Origin: a virus
Direction: 5' to 3' (one strand)
IMG/VR virus record: IMGVR_UViG_3300035698_026991
Coordinates: 1,202-65,201 of that record
DNA length: 64,000 nucleotides
Under the pieces are notes generated by a model. That model was not told the DNA's origin. It made no database searches and saw nothing but the letters and a program-made list of their open reading frames with translations. Made by a program: the position numbers and the translations under genes. Below are positions 1-9,547 of the stretch, one piece after another; the first letter of the stretch is position 1; the number at the start of each line of letters is the position of its first letter.

Positions 1-3
1 ATA

Positions 4-531
4 TTATTTATTTTTTTCAAACCACCAACTTGGTTGTCTATCATCTCTGATAGGATTATCTTTATCCCACTCGGTCAGTCTCAAACGGTAATTATGGTCT
101 CTTGTATATTCACAGGTCGCTTGTATAACTCCTGTGTTTCCTGTCCTCGTTAAGTACCAGTCGTGGCCTGATACAATTCCACCTATACGAACTTTAGGTG
201 TCCATGTCTCTATATCTTCTTTAACTGATTTATAAGAATGTTCACCATCAATAAATACAAAGTCTAGTGATTCATCTCCAACAAATTTAGCAGCACTAAC
301 ACTAGTATCATGAACGATTGAACAATTTTCATATTTAGATAATCTATCAACTGCTATTTTTTTCTTTGGAAAGATTTTCCCAATTTCCCAACTATCTATT
401 GATAATAGATATACACCAGGTATATTTTCTAAAATAACTTCAGAAAATCTACCATCAAAAACTCCTATCTCAGCACCCTTCTTGAAATCAAGTTCTTTAA
501 AATATTTAATTAATTCTATTCTATTTTTCAT
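4..531 (-). CDS. Class I SAM-dependent methyltransferase (O-methyltransferase-like)
   Basis: Gly-rich SAM-binding stretch GAEIGVFDGRFS and acidic FVFIDGEH motif typical of TylF/CmcI-like MTases. Complete ORF in the minus-strand block. Confidence 0.55.
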   Translation of the reverse strand: MKNRIELIKYFKELDFKKGAEIGVFDGRFSEVILENIPGVYLLSIDSWEIGKIFPKKKIAVDRLSKYENCSIVHDTSVSAAKFVGDESLDFVFIDGEHSYKSVKEDIETWTPKVRIGGIVSGHDWYLTRTGNTGVIQATCEYTRDHNYRLRLTEWDKDNPIRDDRQPSWWFEKNK

Positions 532-532
532 A

Positions 533-787
533 TTATTTATCTAACAAATTATTATTATTAAGACTCTTAAATCCTCTAAATGACTCTGCTCCATATTCTA
601 ATATTTTCTTAAGATCCTTTCTAAAGTGACCTAAACCAATAGTCCACATGTCATCATATAAAGTTCCTATTAAGCAATTAAAATCTTCAACATAAACAAA
701 TTCTATATTTTTATCTTTAAAATATTTAATAAATAGATTATATTCTTCTAAAGACCCAGCGATAATTAATACACGTAATTTTTTCAT
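533..787 (-). CDS. hypothetical protein
   Basis: 84-aa ORF tightly packed between MTase and GT genes, same strand. Confidence 0.4.
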   Translation of the reverse strand: MKKLRVLIIAGSLEEYNLFIKYFKDKNIEFVYVEDFNCLIGTLYDDMWTIGLGHFRKDLKKILEYGAESFRGFKSLNNNNLLDK

Positions 788-788
788 A

Positions 789-1706
789 TTATTTTTTATT
801 ATCTAATAAGTCTTCTTCAATTTTTCTTGCCTCTATAATTTTTTCTCTCCAATCATCTCCCCACCCTGGCATGTCAGGAAACTTCTTCATAAACCATTCC
901 CAGTCATATTTATAATCTTTTGTTGTTAACCAGTAATCACGACAGTAGATACGTCCTTTATTCATTGATTTACCGTGCTCATCGTATTGAGCTGTAGAGA
1001 ATCCATAACCTTTTCCACTTGTACCTTTATGCCAATGAGCATAATAGACTTTTTTATTTACCATCACTCTTCCACCAGAAAACCACGCTTTACACGAGAT
1101 TTCTTGTGCTTCTTGGGTGAAATCACCGTACTTTTCACTGTCTAAAGGTCCAATTAGCTTGTCCCAATAGCTTTTTTTCATAAAGTAAAAACTACCTTGC
1201 ATAGAAGGTGTTTCATCAATTAAAATATCCTCTCTCCCAGGTCTCTTCCAAAGTCCTCCATGTAAACCACAAGATCTATCATTAGGTCTCTGAAAAGGAA
1301 AATCTATATGCATATAATCTATACAAGCTCTTCCATCTTCTATTATCTCCCATTTATCAGGGTCAATTCTATATCTCCTAGGAATAATAACATCCTCATC
1401 CTCACAATCAGCTTTTAAGGCTAAGTCGTAGCCTTGTGACATTAAACAATGTTCATCTATTTTCATTATATGTGTGCCCTTAGCAATAGACATACCTCTA
1501 TTTATACTGTCACGCATTCCTACATTATTAAATTGCGTTCCATGGTGAATAACAATGACACGTTGGTCATTGTTGATCATAGGGCTAGGCCAATATCCAT
1601 CTAGAACTACTATTATTTCAATTTCACCTTCAGCTTTTGAAAGTAAATCGTCAATTGTTTTTTGTAAATAACGTTGATCTCTACTCGGGATAATTACTGA
1701 TAGCAT
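789..1706 (-). CDS. glycosyltransferase family 2 (GT-A fold)
   Basis: N-terminal LSVIIPSRD ... VVLDG motifs characteristic of GT2. 305 aa. Confidence 0.6.
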   Translation of the reverse strand: MLSVIIPSRDQRYLQKTIDDLLSKAEGEIEIIVVLDGYWPSPMINNDQRVIVIHHGTQFNNVGMRDSINRGMSIAKGTHIMKIDEHCLMSQGYDLALKADCEDEDVIIPRRYRIDPDKWEIIEDGRACIDYMHIDFPFQRPNDRSCGLHGGLWKRPGREDILIDETPSMQGSFYFMKKSYWDKLIGPLDSEKYGDFTQEAQEISCKAWFSGGRVMVNKKVYYAHWHKGTSGKGYGFSTAQYDEHGKSMNKGRIYCRDYWLTTKDYKYDWEWFMKKFPDMPGWGDDWREKIIEARKIEEDLLDNKK

Positions 1707-1735
1707 ATATATTCATAATTAATATTTAATAATTT

Positions 1736-1903
1736 TTATTTTTTTTGACCTGGGCCTAGGTCTTTATTAATAACAGAGTCGATTACATTAATTTCTAATG
1801 TTGGTAACTCTTCTATAGTATTTAGACCTAAACAATGTGGACAATTTTGCCATGAGGATCTTCCGTGCGGACACGGTAAATCCTTTTCTTTTTCTTCTTT
1901 CAT
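1736..1903 (-). CDS. small zinc-ribbon protein
   Basis: 55-aa ORF below the ORF-track cutoff, CPHG..CPHC motif. Fills the gap between two GT genes on the same strand. Confidence 0.35.
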   Translation of the reverse strand: MKEEKEKDLPCPHGRSSWQNCPHCLGLNTIEELPTLEINVIDSVINKDLGPGQKK

Positions 1904-1924
1904 ATTATTATTTTAACATAGTTC

Positions 1925-2827
1925 TTACTTGATTGTTTTTGGCTTCTTTCCAGCTGGATCATATTTTTTAGGGACACCTCCTAGTGGGAACATTCTTCCT
2001 TGTTCATCAATATGTTGAACAAAAATTCCTGTATCTACTAAGAACGGATATTTCTTCTTTGAGTATTGTGGCCACCCTGCTTTCTTAAAGATATCGTCTC
2101 TCATTATTCTTTTACAAAAGTTCAGATCAGTTGTACCTCTAACTGAAGAAAATCTTTCTACTTGACCAACCTTAGAGGTTTCAGAAACGTGATCAGGTAA
2201 ATCAAATACTCTTCTAGTCACTTGATCACCAATTCTGTATTCTTCGCTCTCATTCCATAAAGCTCTTATGATAGAACCATGGATCAAGGTTAACCCGAAA
2301 GGAATACCGTCACACCAGACTTTATCTCCTAACTTAAAGTCTTGGAATGAACCATTACCTCTACCTCTATAAAGAATAGGTTCTGCTGGTTGAGACTTTG
2401 TAAAATAAAGACCAGACAACATAGGAACTTTACCTTCGATCATATATTCATTTAATTTAATATAAGTTTCTGGTGGAATAACATTATCTTGTTCTAAAGA
2501 TAAGAACCATTCGTAATTACCTTCAACAACTTGTTTAGCAATTAAGTTCTCAGCATCAGGTAATTGATATTCTAATGGAGAATATGTATTCAACCATTGT
2601 GTCATCTCTACTTGGCTCCAATTAGTCGGTATAATTTGTCCGTATTTTGCCATTACCCATTCTATCCTAACTAAACCTGTTGTTGGTACAGCTAACAAAA
2701 TTCTATTTGTCCAGTTCCCTTTGTTCTTATCTAACTCATGATAAATCTGACTTTGCAAAGATAAATCGTTTCTTTTATTTTTTACTCTTCTTACAGGAAC
2801 ATCTTTTGTTAATTTATTTTTTTTCAT
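1925..2827 (-). CDS. hypothetical protein, possible glycosyltransferase
   Basis: 300 aa. LAVPTTGLVRIEW segment resembles GT-A nucleotide-binding start. Context between GT2 and MTase. Confidence 0.3.
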   Translation of the reverse strand: MKKNKLTKDVPVRRVKNKRNDLSLQSQIYHELDKNKGNWTNRILLAVPTTGLVRIEWVMAKYGQIIPTNWSQVEMTQWLNTYSPLEYQLPDAENLIAKQVVEGNYEWFLSLEQDNVIPPETYIKLNEYMIEGKVPMLSGLYFTKSQPAEPILYRGRGNGSFQDFKLGDKVWCDGIPFGLTLIHGSIIRALWNESEEYRIGDQVTRRVFDLPDHVSETSKVGQVERFSSVRGTTDLNFCKRIMRDDIFKKAGWPQYSKKKYPFLVDTGIFVQHIDEQGRMFPLGGVPKKYDPAGKKPKTIK

Positions 2828-2828
2828 A

Positions 2829-3419
2829 TTATTTAGTTAGCTTAGTATGTTTTTTTAATAATCTTAAATATTCTTTATCAATATTATAGGAAGGAAGAAT
2901 TTCTTTTTTATTTAAAACAACTTCAATGTTACCATTTGAATGCCATGTGTTGATTTTTATTTCCCATGGAAGAGGTGCATATATAGGATATAACTGACCT
3001 CCATTTAATACATCAGTAATAGGAGAAGGATCAAAATAACTCCAAGTCTCTTCATTAACAAAATTACAATGTGTAGGGTCTCTAAACATTCCTGGGGAAG
3101 TCGCATAAGGGGCCCCAATAATAAATTGTCCACCTGGTTTAAGAATTCTCCATGCTTCATTCATCCAAGAAATAAAAATCCCATGTGATGGATTTATATG
3201 TTCCACTACATGAGAAGCAATTGCTAAATTAAAAGATTCCGATGGGACTGCCCATGGGAACTTCTCTAAATCTTGCACTAAATCTACACCGTCTAATTTA
3301 CGATAATCAATACCAAACCAATCTTCACCTTGTTTATTTCCTCCACAACCAATATCTACTCTCGCAAGTTTCCTCTTTGATAAAACACTACGTGTCTTTT
3401 TCGATGTATTCATATTCAT
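2829..3419 (-). CDS. Class I SAM-dependent methyltransferase
   Basis: VDIGCGGNKQGEDWFGID (motif I) and ASHVVEHI (motif II-like) of Methyltransf_11-type enzymes. Confidence 0.6.
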   Translation of the reverse strand: MNMNTSKKTRSVLSKRKLARVDIGCGGNKQGEDWFGIDYRKLDGVDLVQDLEKFPWAVPSESFNLAIASHVVEHINPSHGIFISWMNEAWRILKPGGQFIIGAPYATSPGMFRDPTHCNFVNEETWSYFDPSPITDVLNGGQLYPIYAPLPWEIKINTWHSNGNIEVVLNKKEILPSYNIDKEYLRLLKKHTKLTK

Positions 3420-3494
3420 ATATAATTTTATAATTTAATAATTAAAAGTAACTAATAATGAACCTTTAAAAAAAAGGCCCACTATTAAGCACCT

Positions 3495-4016
3495 TTAAGC
3501 ACTAGCGAACCTTATTTGATATGTAGCATTAATGCTTTGGTTAGTAGCACATGTACTTGAAGCAAATGTGTTACCAGCGAATAATGTTCCTGCGTTAGCA
3601 AGTGAAGTCAAATAGGTGTTGAACAAACCTATATTTGAAACGTCTGCTGATGCTGTTAGGAAACTATTAGCAGAAGAAAATCCTGCTGTAAATTGTGCTG
3701 TTCCTGAAGCAACAACTGATGTCGATACAGCTGCTCTTGAGTTGGTAGTTGCATTTGTTGATCGATGGAAAACTTCTCCATCTAACGTTGTTGCATTTGA
3801 AGCTGGTGCAGATCCTGTTCCAAGTGCCATGTGAGTTACACTTTTCCCTGTTCCTGATACCAACCACCCAACTAAATACTGACGTATTCCAAGGTTTGTA
3901 ATCTGGTTTTCTCTCCAACCAGAATCTCCGACTACTCCTAAACCGTCATCGGTTAGTTGTACTCTAAAGAAACCACGAACTTTCATTCCATCGGAATGAT
4001 TTTTACTTTTTGTCAT
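3495..4016 (-). CDS. putative virion structural protein (Ala/Thr/Ser-rich)
   Basis: 173 aa, beta-rich Thr/Ser/Ala composition typical of phage structural proteins. Lies in the structural block. Confidence 0.35.
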   Translation of the reverse strand: MTKSKNHSDGMKVRGFFRVQLTDDGLGVVGDSGWRENQITNLGIRQYLVGWLVSGTGKSVTHMALGTGSAPASNATTLDGEVFHRSTNATTNSRAAVSTSVVASGTAQFTAGFSSANSFLTASADVSNIGLFNTYLTSLANAGTLFAGNTFASSTCATNQSINATYQIRFASA

Positions 4017-4172
4017 TTATTTATTGTGGATTAAATAATAAAATACTAATCTAGATTAACATTTTTATACGAGTCGACACCCATACAAAAAAACTTATAT
4101 TTTTATTCATAATATAAAAAATGTTCTTAACATTTTTATTATAAACATAAATATAATAAAAAGCAAATGAGT

Positions 4173-4206
4173 AAAAACCCATAGCTAAAAAAAGCTATAG
4201 GTTTTT
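4173..4206 (-). terminator. rho-independent terminator (bidirectional hairpin) after gene 4221..4652
   Basis: AAAAACCCATAGC-loop-GCTATAGGTTTTT. One-mismatch stem flanked by A-run and T-run, immediately downstream of the minus-strand stop. Confidence 0.6.
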
Positions 4207-4220
4207 AATAAAAATTTAAC

Positions 4221-4652
4221 TTATTCTACTACATTAAATGTTTTTGTTTCGTAAGTTTTCTGTATTGTCCTAAACATATTTACTCGATTTGAAAAAGTTA
4301 ATTTCAAATAATATTCTCCTACTGGTAAAGTATTAGGAACTATTTGTGAATAACTTTTTACAGTATGACATCCTATTTCTAGATTCCCTGTTATTTCAGG
4401 AGCTGTAAATATTATTCCATCAACGAATTGTACATTTAAAGAACCTTTGACATCTTTATTTTTACAATAGCAAAATTCTATTGGTAGAGGATCTCCTCTC
4501 TTAAATGTCTCTCCTATAACAATAGGATCTTCTACAAGTTCAAATACTCTTATTGGAAAAAAAGACATATAAGTAAAAATACAAAGTATTAAAGTCATTA
4601 AACCTAAGGTTGTTATCGAAGCTATATTCATTTTTGAATGTTCAATTGACAT
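4221..4652 (-). CDS. membrane-anchored hypothetical protein
   Basis: N-terminal hydrophobic helix (ITTLGLMTLILCIFTYMSFF), 143 aa. Confidence 0.4.
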   Translation of the reverse strand: MSIEHSKMNIASITTLGLMTLILCIFTYMSFFPIRVFELVEDPIVIGETFKRGDPLPIEFCYCKNKDVKGSLNVQFVDGIIFTAPEITGNLEIGCHTVKSYSQIVPNTLPVGEYYLKLTFSNRVNMFRTIQKTYETKTFNVVE

Positions 4653-4839
4653 ATTATTTTGTTACTACTAATGATATTAAAGCAATGATGACAGCGGTTA
4701 ACATTAAAGTTACCAGCCCAAAAACAATCTTTTCAACAAGTTTTATTGCGAAAGAACTACTATTCTTCTTTCCTTGAACTTCGTTGTTCCTTCTTATTGC
4801 TAATTCTATTTTATCTGAATTGTTTTCTGTCATAATTTC

Positions 4840-5835
4840 TTATTGTTGTGGTGATGGACTTACTGATGACGATGGACTTTCAGAAGCAGATGCAGAAGTT
4901 GAAGGACTTAATGAAGCTGAAACTGAAGTCGAAGGACTTACAGAAGCAGACGCAGACGTCGATGGACTAACTGAAGCTGAAACTGATGAGGATGGACTTG
5001 CTGATGCCGAAGGACTCACTGAAAGCGAAACAGATGCAGATGGACTTACTGAAGCTGATGGGCTTAATGAAGCCGATGGGCTATCTGATGCTGATGATGA
5101 TGATGATGGACTAACTGAAGCTGAAACTGATGATGACGGGCTTAGTGAAGCTGAAGAGGATGCAGATGGACTCAATGAAGCAGAAGGACTTGCTGATGCA
5201 GATGGGCTTGCGCCTGTCTTATCAATATCAAGATCTTCTGATAGATTCATTGCTTCTCCTACTTTAATTGAGAAATCAGATAAGTCAGAATTTGTACCAA
5301 CTGCTAATCTATATGTTTGAATACCTGTTACGTTAATCGAATTCAACAAAGTTGAAGACGTTGCAAGGTTTTCTACATAAAGACTCATTGGAAAACCTGT
5401 AACATATGTTTCATTAACATCTACTTGAAGATTTCCATTTACATAAAACTTAACTGCTCCTGCTTCCCATTTCACTCTAAACTCGGTATCTGTCGATGTC
5501 CAAGCTGTTTGCCATGTTATTGTTGTTGATCCAGAATTTGTTCCATCTGAAACTTTTGCTGATATAACAGAATCTGATATATCAAAATAAGCATAAGAAT
5601 CTTTGTTGTATTGTTTGAAACCAAATCTTTTATTATCTCCAAAAGCTGGTGCTGATAAATTAAGGCTGAACACCGCGTCACCACGCATAATGTCACCATA
5701 ATGAATCATGGATGAATCAGAAAGACTTAGTGTCGATCCGCTTACGACTGGAAGACCCCATAGAGTTCTCCACGTTTCTGTGGAATACCCTTCTCTTACA
5801 GGATCGTAGTATATGTTTGTATATTTGTATGACAT
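4840..5835 (-). CDS. virion-associated protein with C-terminal Ser/Ala/Pro hexapeptide-repeat tail
   Basis: 331 aa. N-terminal beta-rich globular part, then about 145 aa of (S-P-S-A-S-x)n repeats at the C-terminus. Same strand as the capsid genes. The opposite-strand ORF 4784..5320 is its shadow. Confidence 0.6.
   Translation of the reverse strand: MSYKYTNIYYDPVREGYSTETWRTLWGLPVVSGSTLSLSDSSMIHYGDIMRGDAVFSLNLSAPAFGDNKRFGFKQYNKDSYAYFDISDSVISAKVSDGTNSGSTTITWQTAWTSTDTEFRVKWEAGAVKFYVNGNLQVDVNETYVTGFPMSLYVENLATSSTLLNSINVTGIQTYRLAVGTNSDLSDFSIKVGEAMNLSEDLDIDKTGASPSASASPSASLSPSASSSASLSPSSSVSASVSPSSSSSASDSPSASLSPSASVSPSASVSLSVSPSASASPSSSVSASVSPSTSASASVSPSTSVSASLSPSTSASASESPSSSVSPSPQQ
4850..5215. repeat. 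coding tandem repeat (18/36-nt period) encoding SPSASx units
   Basis: Repeated units such as GATGGACTTACTGAAGCTGAAACT across about 360 nt. Both strands give open low-complexity frames. Confidence 0.8.
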
Positions 5836-5902
5836 GATGTTTTTATAATAACTTACTAATTATTCCTTAATTATAGCACAGTACCTTTTCTATATTCGTT
5901 AT

Positions 5903-6493
5903 TTAAGCCTTTTTTATTTTTGTGCCTTTATTTTTTTTTGATCCGCTTTTTATAGGATTCATAGGTGTTGGTTCTTCTTCTAACTCTTCTGTTACCTCTT
6001 CTAAATCTGGTAATTCATCAATAACTGGAATCTCTATATCTTCTTCTACCTCCTTTTTAACGGGTTGAGCTAAATCAGAAATTATTTCTTTTAAAACTCC
6101 TGGATTATCTTTTATAAACTCTGGAAGCATTTTAACTGCTTCATCTTGTATCATCTTTCTTAATTGTGGAGTCATTTGAACTTTAGGGGAACCTTCTTTT
6201 TTACCTGCATGTCCGTACTTAATTTCAGTAGTAACATGTTCTGGTTCCATATTAACTCTTGTGTCAGAAAAAGGATCAATTTCTTTTGCCTTAACTTCTA
6301 CAAAGTCTGTGTCATAAGATGGATGATTCCTCAATAGTTCTACTATTGAATCATCTTTGATATCGACTACCCCATCTTGAAACTTAATGTATAAACCTGG
6401 TATGGAATGTGTTCCTAATGCTCTATTACCTTCTATCCCTGGTTTTAGAACGATCATATAATTCGAGTTCTTGCTAACAAATTTTGTTGACAT
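5903..6493 (-). CDS. hypothetical protein with acidic C-terminus
   Basis: 196 aa in the head module. C-terminal EEDIEIPVIDELPDLEEV acidic tract. Confidence 0.4.
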   Translation of the reverse strand: MSTKFVSKNSNYMIVLKPGIEGNRALGTHSIPGLYIKFQDGVVDIKDDSIVELLRNHPSYDTDFVEVKAKEIDPFSDTRVNMEPEHVTTEIKYGHAGKKEGSPKVQMTPQLRKMIQDEAVKMLPEFIKDNPGVLKEIISDLAQPVKKEVEEDIEIPVIDELPDLEEVTEELEEEPTPMNPIKSGSKKNKGTKIKKA

Positions 6494-6588
6494 AATATTT
6501 TTTATTCATAATTATTAATTTTTTCGGCCTTAACCCGAAAGAGAATTTCTTCTCTCCCAGATAAAGCCAAAAAAGGCTATTAAACAAT

Positions 6589-7332
6589 CTATTCCCGAGC
6601 GTAATCAACTTGTAAAAAGTTGGTTGTAGCATCAGTAATAGCTGAATCATTTAACATAACGATTAAATCATTACCGTACCCAGCCTGAATAGGTGAGTCA
6701 GTAAGATCAATTGTTGTAGCTACGTTATCTACGGTTGTCCACTGGTATAGTTGAGTTTCTACGTCTCCGACTGGGTCGTATTCATAGACTCTCAAACCAT
6801 TGGCAGTAGCTCCACTGATATTAGCTTGATATTTAATTCCGTTTATCTTAACACGGTCACTCCCACCTGGAATCTCCGTCTTAAGTGTTGCATCATCATT
6901 TCTCAAAACTCCTCTATCAGCTGATACTCTGTAGAACATTGAGTCGTTTACACTCTGATCCATGAAAACTTCATAGATAGATTCTCCGCCTCTTGTTACT
7001 GCAGTAATCACACTGTCAGGTAGTAATGCACTTGATGCTGTTAATGTAGCTCTAAGCCCATCAATCACTCTAGCTTTCCAAGACAAACCATGATTCTCAT
7101 TGATTTCATCAACAAGTAAACCTAAATTTGTGTATGTAGAAAAAGCTAAAGATCCTGTTGTTGTAGCTGCGTCAGCTAAGGTTATACCAGTAGCTGAAGC
7201 AAGAGTAACTACAGGAGTAGCAGCTGTAGAAACATGTACTATTTCAATAGCTAAACTTTTGTCATCGGTAGTAATACCAGACATAGTTCTCCCCTTTAAT
7301 TCTCTTACTTTCATTTCTGCTAAACTTGACAT
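6589..7332 (-). CDS. capsid-adjacent structural protein (paralog B)
   Basis: 247 aa. Shares N-terminal MSSL.., internal and C-terminal (..LQVDYARE) similarity with 7367..8080. Thr/Ala-rich. Confidence 0.45.
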   Translation of the reverse strand: MSSLAEMKVRELKGRTMSGITTDDKSLAIEIVHVSTAATPVVTLASATGITLADAATTTGSLAFSTYTNLGLLVDEINENHGLSWKARVIDGLRATLTASSALLPDSVITAVTRGGESIYEVFMDQSVNDSMFYRVSADRGVLRNDDATLKTEIPGGSDRVKINGIKYQANISGATANGLRVYEYDPVGDVETQLYQWTTVDNVATTIDLTDSPIQAGYGNDLIVMLNDSAITDATTNFLQVDYARE

Positions 7333-7366
7333 AATATTTTTTTGAATTAATTAGTAAAGTTTAGAG

Positions 7367-8080
7367 CTATTCTCTAGTGTAAAGAGCTTGTAAGTAGTTA
7401 GCTCCAGCATCAGTAAGTGATGTTGAATCAGTAACCATAATTACAAGATCGTTACCTTCCTTAGCAGTAATTGGACCTTTAGTGAAATCGTGTGTTGTTA
7501 ATGTTGCATCAACTGAAGCAGCTGACCAAATTAAGGTCTCTGTTCTTCGAGTTGAATCCCATTCGTAGATACGAACAGCACCTGCTGTTGCAGTATCAAT
7601 ATCTTCGTTGTATTCGAACTTAACTAACTTAACTCTATGACCAGTTGATGGCAATAAATTACCAGCAGTTCTGTCGTAAGTAAGTCTAATGAAAGAAGCA
7701 ATTACTACGGATGTATCAAGATGAACGGTGTAACCCATTTCATCGTTAAGTACATCTGCTGTTATAGCAGCATTTTCCAATAATTCACTTCCGTCTGTAG
7801 CTGTTGTTCGAAGAGCGTCTAGAATTTTACATTCCCAGTTGTTTGCGGCATTAATTGTATCTGCAACATCACCTAAAGTAGTATCAGATGAAAATGTAGA
7901 TGTAGTTGTGCCGTCAGCATCAATTAAAACAAGATTTGTTGCTGTTGTACAAGTAACTGATGTTATTGCAGATGTTCCAACATGCTTTATTCTCAAAGCG
8001 ATTGGACCATCATCAACGTATCTTATTGAAGTTGTTTGTGAAGCTAAAGCTCTAGTCTCTAATGAATTTAAACTTGACAT
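7367..8080 (-). CDS. capsid-adjacent structural protein (paralog A)
   Basis: 237 aa. Paralog of 6589..7332 (C-term ..LQALYTRE). Immediately downstream of the major capsid gene. Confidence 0.45.
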   Translation of the reverse strand: MSSLNSLETRALASQTTSIRYVDDGPIALRIKHVGTSAITSVTCTTATNLVLIDADGTTTSTFSSDTTLGDVADTINAANNWECKILDALRTTATDGSELLENAAITADVLNDEMGYTVHLDTSVVIASFIRLTYDRTAGNLLPSTGHRVKLVKFEYNEDIDTATAGAVRIYEWDSTRRTETLIWSAASVDATLTTHDFTKGPITAKEGNDLVIMVTDSTSLTDAGANYLQALYTRE

Positions 8081-8099
8081 AATATTTTTTTAATTAGCC

Positions 8100-8200
8100 G
8101 TCAATGACCCGTGACTTAATCGGGACGGATCACATACGGGAGGACTCGACACCCTCCCGGATCCGCATGCTTATGATTTTAAATCCCATAAACATGTAGG
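8100..8200 (-). terminator. GC-rich hairpin element downstream of major capsid gene (attenuator/terminator candidate)
   Basis: GGGAGG-ACTCGACA-CCTCCC and CCCG-TGACTTAAT-CGGG hairpins in an otherwise AT-rich intergenic. No clear U-run on the minus strand. Confidence 0.3.
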
Positions 8201-8217
8201 ATTATTTGGATTTCAGA

Positions 8218-9477
8218 TTAACTAGTTACTCCCAATAACAAAGCATGCTTGGATGCTTGTTTTCTCTCTAAACCAGCTTCTGTTATGTATTGATCTACTT
8301 CACCATCAGCATCGGGAGCTTGAATGTTTGTTGATAGTTTAGTGTCTCGGTTGTTCATGTAACGGTATCTAAAGCATTCTAGGTCTAACATAAATGCGTA
8401 ACCTGCGTAATCTTGAACGAACATAGGATTGTGTACAATATTAATTGAACCAAATGCTGTTACCCAATTACTAATCTTCATTCCGTAAGTTGTGTCTAAT
8501 GGTTTTGTTTGGATTTGTCCTCTAGCAATTTCGTTAATTGCTTGTAATACAATACCTCCTGCGAACATTACTTTAGTTTCGTTTCCATAAGTAAATCCTT
8601 CTCTAAGGAATGTATTCATGTCAGGGGCTGTTAAAGGACCACTTTGGTTTTGAACGTATGAGTTACCTGCACTCATGAATTCATGGATTCCTCCTGTACT
8701 TCTTCTTGGGTGACCGTATATACCTGTGTCGGCATATTTTTGACCCCACCAAAAAGCTCTTTCAATATCTAGAGCATGTTCTGTACCTTTCTTTGCTCTC
8801 TGGAAAGGAAGGTCTTTACCTCCGTAAAGATTAGCTTCTTTTTCAGTATTAGATACTGCGATTGTTGTTTTGAAGATTTGTGTATAGTTAGATTGAGGAG
8901 CTGTAAGTGTTGAGTTTACATTTCTCGCACCACTATTTTCTTCATTAACGTTACCGATAATGAAAAGTCCATCACCGTCAGCCATTGTAGCTGCAGCTGT
9001 TGAACCAAATCCTCTGGCAGCAGCAACAAAAGTTGTTGTTGTTACCACTCCAACTGTAAAGGATTCACCTGTTCGAGCGTTTTTAACAACGTCTCCTAAA
9101 GTGAAGATACTACCAGAGCTTGATCCTGCTCCTGTAACAGTAACAGTTTGATCTGCTGCTGCGGAAACAGTACCTGAAACTCGCGCATATCTACCACCGT
9201 AGACATCTTCAAACCATTTGAATTCTGGGTTTCCTGTCCCTGATTTCATTAATCCTGAACCTTTCCAGGATTTTCCGTCAAATACTTTACCTACGTTTGT
9301 AAGCAATGTTACCAATGGATGTTTGTTGGGTTCTAGTAAAAAGATTTTGTCTACAGCATCAACAACTAATCTTTCCTCTGTGGAAGCAGTTGTTGTAGTT
9401 CTTTGATAACCTGTTGCAGATGTATCTGTAACCTGTCCAGTTAAATGGGTAGGTTCGTTATAATAAGGGTATGACAT
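8218..9477 (-). CDS. major capsid protein (HK97-like, putative)
   Basis: 419 aa Gly/Thr-rich protein directly downstream of an acidic coiled-coil scaffold-like gene and of portal/TerL. Order and size fit an MCP. Confidence 0.6.
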   Translation of the reverse strand: MSYPYYNEPTHLTGQVTDTSATGYQRTTTTASTEERLVVDAVDKIFLLEPNKHPLVTLLTNVGKVFDGKSWKGSGLMKSGTGNPEFKWFEDVYGGRYARVSGTVSAAADQTVTVTGAGSSSGSIFTLGDVVKNARTGESFTVGVVTTTTFVAAARGFGSTAAATMADGDGLFIIGNVNEENSGARNVNSTLTAPQSNYTQIFKTTIAVSNTEKEANLYGGKDLPFQRAKKGTEHALDIERAFWWGQKYADTGIYGHPRRSTGGIHEFMSAGNSYVQNQSGPLTAPDMNTFLREGFTYGNETKVMFAGGIVLQAINEIARGQIQTKPLDTTYGMKISNWVTAFGSINIVHNPMFVQDYAGYAFMLDLECFRYRYMNNRDTKLSTNIQAPDADGEVDQYITEAGLERKQASKHALLLGVTS

Positions 9478-9547
9478 AATAATGTTTTGATAATTCTAAT
9501 AATAACTATTAATGTTTTGTTAAGAACAATTTTTTAGATAATACTCA

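Noticed and set aside
3616-3918. ORFs 3616..3834(+) and 3667..3918(-) inside gene 3495..4016
   Set aside because: They overlap entirely a longer same-block ORF with protein-like composition and are likely frame artefacts.
4784-5320. 178-aa plus-strand ORF with acidic DGLTEAE repeats
   Set aside because: It is the antisense shadow of the Ser/Pro/Ala tandem repeat in gene 4840..5835. All neighbouring genes are on the minus strand, and the repeat keeps both frames open.
6500-6590. Hairpins TTCGGCCTTAACCCGAA and AGCCAAAAAAGGCT as terminators
   Set aside because: On the transcribed (minus) strand the stems are followed by A-runs, not U-runs. They were not called.
7100-9406. Plus-strand ORFs 7100..7345, 7839..8093, 8960..9151 and 9218..9406 antisense to capsid genes
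   Set aside because: They are antisense to well-supported structural genes and have low-complexity compositions, so they are likely spurious.
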